Source: Ignavibacteriota bacterium (lineage in GTDB: Bacteria > Bacteroidota > Ignavibacteria > UBA10030 > UBA6906). From it: a stretch of 64,000 bases of DNA. The translations under genes and the position numbers were made by a program. The notes under the pieces were generated by a model that was given only the letters and a program-made list of their open reading frames with translations, had not been told where the DNA came from and did not search any database. Where the stretch lies: contig CAWDEM010000008.1 in the NCBI GenBank assembly GCA_963801355.1, forward strand, positions 768,001 through 832,000, read 5' to 3'. This document shows positions 40,632 to 47,491 of this stretch, piece by piece. Position 1 is the first letter of the stretch; each line of letters opens with the position of its first letter.

Positions 40632-41003
40632 TTATGCGGTTTTCCTCACGCGTGAGAATTTCAGCCGGTCTTTTTCAAGCTCTCTAACAGTTTCATCGTG
40701 GCCTACTTTTGCATTAGATTCGTTTGGATACTCTTTTTCATAGAGAGGATCATCATAGGACTCGGCTATGCCGTACCTATCACATCTGAAGACCTGCGTT
40801 ATGAACCTATTGGGTCCGGGCGTAACGTTCTCAAGGAGTTCGCCAGTTTCCAAACTTCGGGTGAGCCGACTCAAGGGGCTGGATGGATCAAGATAGATTG
40901 TGGAGACAATATAGTATCTGCCCGGCCACCATTTAGCAATGATGGTTTGAGCGACGAGTGGAAGCTTTGGTGACGGCATGTGAGATACCCAGCGAGCGCA
41001 CAT
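40632..41003 (-). CDS. Hypothetical protein
   Basis: VSTI...FITQVF...Y..ESNAKVGH pattern reminiscent of small phage proteins; start uncertain. Confidence 0.55.
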   Translation of the reverse strand: MCARWVSHMPSPKLPLVAQTIIAKWWPGRYYIVSTIYLDPSSPLSRLTRSLETGELLENVTPGPNRFITQVFRCDRYGIAESYDDPLYEKEYPNESNAKVGHDETVRELEKDRLKFSRVRKTA

Positions 41004-41191
41004 GATGGTAATTCTATCCGGTAAGTGAGTTGTCCTTTGGCGAACGATCTAAGAGCGCACGGTTCACATCCGTGAGGTCATAAGTTCAAGTCCTTAACCA
41101 GACTGATTCAATCGCCCTTGTTTGTTTAGGTTTTCCGTCACTTCCTTCCTCCTTTCCACCATTTTATAACCCTGTTGTAGCTCATCAAAAA

Positions 41192-41940
41192 TCAAGTTCC
41201 ACTCTTTTTGGCTTGCGCTAACTCCTCAGTCAATTTCTTCTCTAAGGTAGCTATTAAGTCAAGCAATACCTGACTTCCAGTTCCTTTATCTCCTCAGGAC
41301 TGGTAACGAGATGATACCATGAATGAACGGTATCATTCCCTCTGTCCCTTAAGTGATTTGCTTTGTCGACAATCTTTTCCACCAATTTGTTTTCAGGCCC
41401 GAAGTCATTGCTCCTCTTTTTCAAGTTTGACAAGATGACACTGAAATCATGGAATCTATGTTGTCTGGTGTTGAAATACATTTCCCTGCTCGTAAGATCA
41501 TTCTCAGGGAATTTTGTCCTGAGTATGTCAACGAGCATGTTTTCAACGACTTTGCGCAACAGGATGAAAACCGATGTGTAACAATGGAAATGGTAGGCAC
41601 GATTTATCTCGTCTATATGCCCTCTCCGAAACCGATCAGTTGTGAGATATGTTACAAGGGGCTGGATTTTGCCCTTGTTCCGGCTCGGATTGATTTGCCT
41701 GACAATCGTTGGTGCTTTCTGAACCTCAATATTAGGTAATGAAGCTCTGTCCTCCTTGCGTAGCTTGTTCCAAATACTTGTCCTGTTTGCTAATGCATAA
41801 ATTTGAGCTCTAGCGTTTGGAGTGACAGTGGCATACTTAGGGGCAAGAAGAGATAGGTCTTTTCGAACAGTCCCTTCGGTCTTAAGTAGTTTCTTTGCTA
41901 GGAACACAATAATCTTCGGGTCAAGATGATTCTTTGCCAT
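41192..41940 (-). CDS. DUF4145/HEPN-like protein, probably with a 1-bp deletion near 41272
   Basis: LLRKVVENML and LRDRGNDTVH motifs; called frame stops at 41254, but the -1 frame continues QVLLDLIATLEKKLTEELAQAKKSGT* to 41192. Confidence 0.6.
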
Positions 41941-41953
41941 TTATGGTCATGTC

Positions 41954-42172
41954 CTATTTCTTCAAGGCAGCACTAACATTGGGAGGCTTGACTCCTAGAA
42001 GGGACGAAATGTCCCTATTTCTCAACCCATGTCTGCTGAGAACTCTAATTTGGTCTTCTTGAGTGAGTCCGCCGAAATCATTGTGCACCAATTGCACCGT
42101 AATCAATCGGGCCAATACATCCAACTTCTCATGAAGAATATCAGTGGAATGGCTCTGATTAGATTTTGCCAT
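41954..42172 (-). CDS. Small HTH protein
   Basis: QIRVLSRHGLRNRDISSLLGVKPPNVSAAL is HTH-like; 13 bp upstream of the HEPN-like gene. Confidence 0.7.
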   Translation of the reverse strand: MAKSNQSHSTDILHEKLDVLARLITVQLVHNDFGGLTQEDQIRVLSRHGLRNRDISSLLGVKPPNVSAALKK

Positions 42173-42268
42173 GACAGCCCCTTTGAGGTTAGTGTTTACT
42201 CAAATTAGTTTGGAAAGTCCATCAAAACTCTCCTTCAATGGGATATTTGAATCCTTCTCATTGACGAT

Positions 42269-42520
42269 TCACTTGAGGAGTTGGTAGACCGCTAGTATCA
42301 GTACTATGATACCTACCACGAGAGTCCACGCGGCAATCTTCTTTATCCCTTCTTGAGTCTTCTGCTGTTTGGCGGTTTGGTTCTTGTTACGGCGGTGTAT
42401 CTCTTCAAATACAGCAAGGCGTTCTGATTTGTCGGCGACATTGTGAGTTCGGTCAAGAATGGCGTCCAATTCGGCATCTGAACTGCTATGTATCCGGTCT
42501 TGATCTTCAACGCTTGTCAT
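42269..42520 (-). CDS. Small protein with C-terminal TM helix
   Basis: C-terminal IAAWTLVVGIIVLILAVYQLLK. Confidence 0.65.
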   Translation of the reverse strand: MTSVEDQDRIHSSSDAELDAILDRTHNVADKSERLAVFEEIHRRNKNQTAKQQKTQEGIKKIAAWTLVVGIIVLILAVYQLLK

Positions 42521-42647
42521 GTCGTTAATACTCTTTGAAAGTGAGCATTCATCATGTTATCACCCTCTAACCAGTTTCAGCCGAACTTCGTATTCCTTTG
42601 CGTGTTTTACTAACTGTTTCAGATTCATAGGAGTGTGCTCTCTCGCC

Positions 42648-42730
42648 GTCTACCGGACGCGCCTCACCCGCGCATTGTGATCCTTCTTCATCGCCCCCAC
42701 GCGGCGTCTGGGGCGAGCGGTGGGTTGGCA
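42648..42730 (-). repeat. Degenerate full-length attC-like site
   Basis: TGCCAAC CCACCGCTCGCCCCAGACGCCGC...GCGCGGGTGAGGCGCGTCC GGTAGAC, same family as 34998-35077. Confidence 0.6.
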
Positions 42731-42769
42731 ACAACTTTACATCACTATGTCCTTGGGGCTATGGGTGCC

Positions 42770-43054
42770 TCAGTTGTGTTTCTTCAATTTTAAGTTCAAC
42801 TTGACTTTGGGCGGATTGTCCGAGTACATCCAGAAATGATCTATAGAAATAGATGGGAGTTCTGAATGGACAATACTCCAAAACTCGTACATCACATCCG
42901 ACAACCTGTGCGGGTCGATGGCAGGATGCTCGTAAGTGGCAGTCCGGCCCCGTGTCCACGTGAATCCATTTTCCGTTTTAAGTAGTTTTCGCAGTTTGTT
43001 CGTTAGTCGTCCGTTCTGCTCACGGTTGACCGAAAAACGTATGATTGCTCGCAT
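42770..43054 (-). CDS. Hypothetical protein (possible cassette gene)
   Basis: CAGGAGG RBS before ATG 43054; followed by the attC-like site. Confidence 0.65.
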   Translation of the reverse strand: MRAIIRFSVNREQNGRLTNKLRKLLKTENGFTWTRGRTATYEHPAIDPHRLSDVMYEFWSIVHSELPSISIDHFWMYSDNPPKVKLNLKLKKHN

Positions 43055-43282
43055 TGAATCCTCCTGTTCATTTTGCCATGGTTGTAGGCTGTTCAATCGT
43101 CGGAGTACCCGACTTGGATTCTACCTCCCCCGGAGATATCGCCAATGATATCATAGCCTCATACTTTGTTTCTATGCTGACTAATTTCTTAAGCAGGTTC
43201 TCCATGTCCCTTTTTGCTGGCTGAGCAAACACCAGTTGACACAATACGCATATGCATATGAGTACATAGAAACGTAGGCTCT

Positions 43283-44155
43283 TCATGGGCGCAACATGAC
43301 AATGAGAATCTGCCCCACCAGTCCCATCAACATCAGTATTACTAGGAATTTTACCCATCTGGCCTGCACCAACGTAATCGGGTGTAACCCTCTTCGCTCA
43401 TTCCACCAATTCACGAATGCTGCCGATTGCAGTTTTTGAAGGAAAGCAAACAGAGACAGCAGAAGCGCCAAAGCGCCTGCCAATACTGTGCGATAGCGTT
43501 CACCATCTGACAGCACTCTGAGGGTCACTGTAGTACTACTGATGTAGGAGACACCTCTATATAAGTATGTGAAGGTCAAGGGGATTCTATGTTCGCCCGG
43601 ATTTGCAGCGGAGGGTATCTTGAAAATGAGTGTAACTGCACCAAATTGCACACCATCCCTTACAACAGGAACTTCCCCCCAAACGCTCATAGTTAGTGTG
43701 TCAGTGCAAATAAAGTATATGTGTGAAACATCAATGCCAAGATAGTTTGACAACAGAACTGACTCCTTGATCCTCGGTTCAACGTGCGATTTGTCTTTTG
43801 AAACGAGAAACCGGAAGCTTACTGCCTCTACTTGGTTGCTATCGACAAGGTTTACGGGAATGAATCCAACCACCTTGCCCTTTTCTACCATACCATATCC
43901 GTTAAAAAACATGAGAATCCTGACTGTGTCTTCGGGCGATACTGTGCTCTTGTCAAGAACTGCAACAAGAGCATATGCAGGAATAACTGGTGGAGGAACA
44001 TGATACCCCTGCTGGTCTTGGGGCAAAATGTCTGGTACACGTGAATGTCGGTCTGGATACCGTCGCACTTGTTTTGTTTGTTCTCGTTCCTGAGAAAGCG
44101 CAACGAACACCAGCAGGAATGAACAGAGCAGGAATAGGGTGAGTCTGGTTTTCAC
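43283..44155 (-). CDS. Hypothetical exported protein with two C-terminal TM helices
   Basis: Signal peptide, beta-rich middle, C-terminal TMs; GGGGGA RBS before GTG. Confidence 0.7.
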   Translation of the reverse strand: MKTRLTLFLLCSFLLVFVALSQEREQTKQVRRYPDRHSRVPDILPQDQQGYHVPPPVIPAYALVAVLDKSTVSPEDTVRILMFFNGYGMVEKGKVVGFIPVNLVDSNQVEAVSFRFLVSKDKSHVEPRIKESVLLSNYLGIDVSHIYFICTDTLTMSVWGEVPVVRDGVQFGAVTLIFKIPSAANPGEHRIPLTFTYLYRGVSYISSTTVTLRVLSDGERYRTVLAGALALLLSLFAFLQKLQSAAFVNWWNERRGLHPITLVQARWVKFLVILMLMGLVGQILIVMLRP

Positions 44156-44335
44156 TTAATCCCCCTTGCTGTAGGTGCCACAAATCTACACCATTCCTCA
44201 ACGAATGTCCAAACGGATATCCCCGTTGGGCTTGGCGCCAACTCTATGCGGCGCAGCAAGCGTTGATGTGGGTTGTTGAGCCAGAGATCGCTGCTTCCCC
44301 ATGACAGGTGATATTAGCGGGAAACGTGCAGCCGT

Positions 44336-44623
44336 CTATGGACATTCCGGTAGGCTAAGAAGGTTGTTTGGGTGCAATCCGTCACTCTCGGTCTTCATGT
44401 ATTTGTAGCCGTACTGACTCGTGGCGACAATAACCCAAACCGATTTCCCGTTGACACTCACAAAGAACTGGTACGTGCCATCTTCGATACCTTTGATGGC
44501 TGCTTCTTGGGAGAGTTTCCAGCGTGTTCTATTGGCGTTGAACCCTCCAATATATAGGATTCGCTCGTGTGGGTTTGGTCGATCGCTTTTGTTGATACAC
44601 ATGATTGGGAGAGTCATAGCCAT
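44336..44623 (-). CDS. DUF3892 domain protein
   Basis: CINKSDRPNPHERI..IGG...AIKGIE...YMKTESDG..PNNLLSLPECP. Confidence 0.88.
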   Translation of the reverse strand: MAMTLPIMCINKSDRPNPHERILYIGGFNANRTRWKLSQEAAIKGIEDGTYQFFVSVNGKSVWVIVATSQYGYKYMKTESDGLHPNNLLSLPECP

Positions 44624-44956
44624 GACAGAGCCCCCTCTGAGATGTGCAAAATGTGGAGTTAGTGGAATGCTATCGAACTGCCATATACATATATACCGAA
44701 GGTGGGCTTGTCTTGGACACATTCAACCACAATAATTAAACTGTGACAGTACCCGACGTTGGACCCGATTGCCTCGCAGATCGCGCTGCCAATGAAATTA
44801 CCAAGGCCCATAGAGTTCTCCCCCTTTGTCATCTGTGCATAAGGATTGAACGCGACTGTTCCTGAGAATCCTCTAACCAATGGATAATGAGTATTTCCGA
44901 AGCAATGGTGCGCCGATTCACAAAACTCGAACTGCGATTGGAGCCGAAAGGCGTTA

Positions 44957-45919
44957 TCACCCTTTCATTGTTGCAGAGTCCTTGATGGCGGCTTCCATTG
45001 TCCGAGAGGCAAGGGCCTTCTCTACCCGGCGAAACGTTTGTTCGAAGAAATCCGGCTCTATCTGGCGAGCCGAAGACAGACTCCCAAGAACAGATCGTAG
45101 ATCGACCAAGTCAGCTACTTCAACATTCGGGATAGCATTGAGTTTCTTCAGGATTCTTTGGCGTATTCGATTCGGAATCCTCAGTTCGGCGGCAGGACTG
45201 ATCGCCGTTCCCGTCACAACCTTGTAGTGTCTCTTGGAGTGACGGTGACTCTTGGAGGCCTTCAAGCGGAGACCTATACGGTTCAGAAGACGATCCACGG
45301 TCAAGCAGACCGACGCCGGAATCGGATTTGGCGAGGTAAACGTCATGTCATCAACGTATAGCGAAAATGACATGCCTTGGGCGATCGCAAACTCAGAGAA
45401 TGCATCAAAAGTTCGCGAGTACGCCCAATAGGCAATCGACTGACTCAGCGCGCTCCCTGTTGGAACATGATCTTCATATGATGCGATCTTCGTCATGAGG
45501 TGGGCCACATCTACATCCATCAGCAATCTATAGCGGAAGAATCGAAAGATATGCTCGCTTCGACAGTTCGGAAAGAATTGCTCTACGTCCACTGTCAGCG
45601 AATGGACACGACCAAGATGGTGCTTCGCATTGTCAATACTGGAAATTCGCTTCCTTCCGGAGAACAGGTAGTTGGGAGGTTGGATGCGGGATAGAAGGAT
45701 ATGAATCCTCTGATGAACCCGCTTGAGAGAACCAAGTGGCTCCTCGATGCGACGAGGCTTTCTCCCCTTTTCTTTCTTTGTGAAGACCCTGTAGAGCTTG
45801 CTTGAGGAAAGCGCAGGAAAGTCTCTCTGAGAAACGCCGAGTAGTCTGGCGAGTTTTCGCTTGTTGCGCAGTCGGAAAAAGGGGCTACGATCTATTTGAT
45901 AGGTCACTTGCCCCGGCAT
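44957..45919 (-). CDS. Retron-type reverse transcriptase
   Basis: Region X NAKHH, DVEQFFPN, PTGSALS, catalytic YVDD and region Y VTG; 320 aa with no fused domain. Confidence 0.93.
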   Translation of the reverse strand: MPGQVTYQIDRSPFFRLRNKRKLARLLGVSQRDFPALSSSKLYRVFTKKEKGRKPRRIEEPLGSLKRVHQRIHILLSRIQPPNYLFSGRKRISSIDNAKHHLGRVHSLTVDVEQFFPNCRSEHIFRFFRYRLLMDVDVAHLMTKIASYEDHVPTGSALSQSIAYWAYSRTFDAFSEFAIAQGMSFSLYVDDMTFTSPNPIPASVCLTVDRLLNRIGLRLKASKSHRHSKRHYKVVTGTAISPAAELRIPNRIRQRILKKLNAIPNVEVADLVDLRSVLGSLSSARQIEPDFFEQTFRRVEKALASRTMEAAIKDSATMKG

Positions 45920-46196
45920 CTTCTATCCGTTGCAGGAACCGGATGGCTGTTTTCCGCGTGAAGGCCTTCACATTTCTGAATCTTCTGCCTTTGTCAAGCT
46001 CTTCGGCGAAAAAGAGAAGCGAAGCCGATGTTGTTTTGAAAACACGTGCATACCTGCGGATGATCTCAAGCGAGGGTTCCTTTTTCCCTGCTTCGATTTC
46101 GGATAGGTAGCTTGGCGAGATTCCAAGCTCAGCGGCCATATCGACCGACTTCAGGTCATGCAATACACGCAACAGACGAAGCGCCTCATGAAGCAC
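45885..46196 (-). CDS. XRE-family HTH protein, retron-associated
   Basis: MAAELGISPSYLSEIEAGKKEPSL; GGAGGT RBS before GTG; overlaps the RT start. Confidence 0.92.
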   Translation of the reverse strand: MLHEALRLLRVLHDLKSVDMAAELGISPSYLSEIEAGKKEPSLEIIRRYARVFKTTSASLLFFAEELDKGRRFRNVKAFTRKTAIRFLQRIEDAGASDLSNRS

Positions 46197-46228
46197 GAAG
46201 TACCTCCGGAGTAATGAACTGTAGAAGG

Positions 46229-46704
46229 TAGGTTAGGGAGTTAGTTGCCAATGAACTTGATGAGCGCTCTAACGGAAAGCAACAAGATATCCACAAGTTC
46301 CTGCCTGTGCTTCCACATCAGCCTTCTCACCCTTTTCAGGGCAACACGGTGGAGCAACGTTGCGTCCTTCATGATCTTACCTCCTTCCCACCCACAAGCC
46401 CAATCCACCATGGATGAGCCGGGGCGTCACTTTGGAAGGAGAGGAGGCTCTGCCGCGTTCGCTCCCTATCCTATTGAGTGGTGCTCATTTCACTTTGAGC
46501 ACCACTCCGACGACAACTGATCCCAGTATGCGGGCGTATATGCAATGCGATCTGCACTTGCAGACATACGTACCGAGCGTCACTTGTTGCCGGAAGTGTC
46601 TGAGCTTAGAACATCACTAAGCTCCCGCGCATCAGGATACTCCCGATGCACCCTTAGGCGGGTTCGTGTTGACCCCGCGCAGTGAACGTCCTTTCGCAAC
46701 GTTG
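46229..46704 (-). ncRNA. Candidate retron msr/msd structured RNA overlapping the small ORF
   Basis: Hairpins at 46476-46507 (12-bp perfect), 46602-46624, 46629-46649 and 46658-46678; long-range inverted repeats; exact msr/msd limits not determined. Confidence 0.65.
46241..46372 (-). CDS. 43-aa basic amphipathic small protein, candidate retron effector (below ORF-track cutoff)
   Basis: GGAAGGAGGT RBS then MKDATLLHRVALKRVRRLMWKHRQELVDILLLSVRALIKFIGN*. Confidence 0.75.
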   Translation of the reverse strand: MKDATLLHRVALKRVRRLMWKHRQELVDILLLSVRALIKFIGN

Positions 46705-46708
46705 AGAC

Positions 46709-46737
46709 AACATACACAATGATTCTGACAATTGCAA
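46709..46737 (-). promoter_or_regulatory. Candidate retron operon promoter TTGCAA-N17-TATGTT (TG-extended)
   Basis: Lies immediately upstream of the hairpin series. Confidence 0.55.
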
Positions 46738-47034
46738 ATAATATTCGCTGTCAGCGAATGCCACCTTATTCAGGTCAACAGCCGTCAGTTCATGGTGGGC
46801 GAGGAATCGATGTATGGAGCCTCCTCCGGTACGCTCTCGACCGTCACATCCGCCGAGGTCACCCCCCAAGGCTGTCAACATGCCGGTCACAACGTCGTTC
46901 TGAAATACAGTGGGGTTCACGAGCGGCGGGACGAGAATACCAATGACGACGGTGGGTTGACTGGCCGCTGTTGGCGTCCAAACCACTCGCACTGTGCATA
47001 GGCCTAAAGGCAGATGGTACGACTCCCATAAATC

Positions 47035-47403
47035 CTACGGACATGACATTCCGTGCATCGGCTCCCACGCCCCTGTAGCAGTTATCGGAAACGACATCAA
47101 ATACTCAAACTGCACTATCCCCTTCTTGTTCACAGTGAACAACCCCTTCTTTAGTCCCGCCTTGACGATCCGATAGGCCGTACTGCGAGAACAGCCGATG
47201 TTCCTGTAGACAGCTTCGACCAACTGCCGACGAGGCATCGATTCGCCATTGAAGCCGGGAGGCGTCCACCACGGGCCATCGGAGTACACAAAGTAAAAGA
47301 AATCAAAGCCGAACGGAATTCGACGGGAGCGGCTCTGGGGATCGTGAATATTGCGTGTGTGTTTCATGGGGTACCCTTTAGGTTGTTGAATGGTTGTTTC
47401 CAC
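47035..47403 (-). CDS. Hypothetical winged-helix-like protein
   Basis: RRQLVEAVYRNIGCSRSTAYRIVKAGLKKG is HTH-like. Confidence 0.5.
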   Translation of the reverse strand: METTIQQPKGYPMKHTRNIHDPQSRSRRIPFGFDFFYFVYSDGPWWTPPGFNGESMPRRQLVEAVYRNIGCSRSTAYRIVKAGLKKGLFTVNKKGIVQFEYLMSFPITATGAWEPMHGMSCP

Positions 47404-47491
47404 TTGTTGTCCGTGTAAGTTTATTTTGACAGGAACCGTCCGTTGACCGGTGCAGCCCGCCTGACCGCCCTCGTGTTGTCAGCGCCCGTGG

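Noticed and set aside
44957-45919. RT as group II intron, DGR or CRISPR-associated RT
   Set aside because: No maturase/intron domains, no TR/VR repeat pair or cas1 seen; NAxxH and VTG indicate a retron
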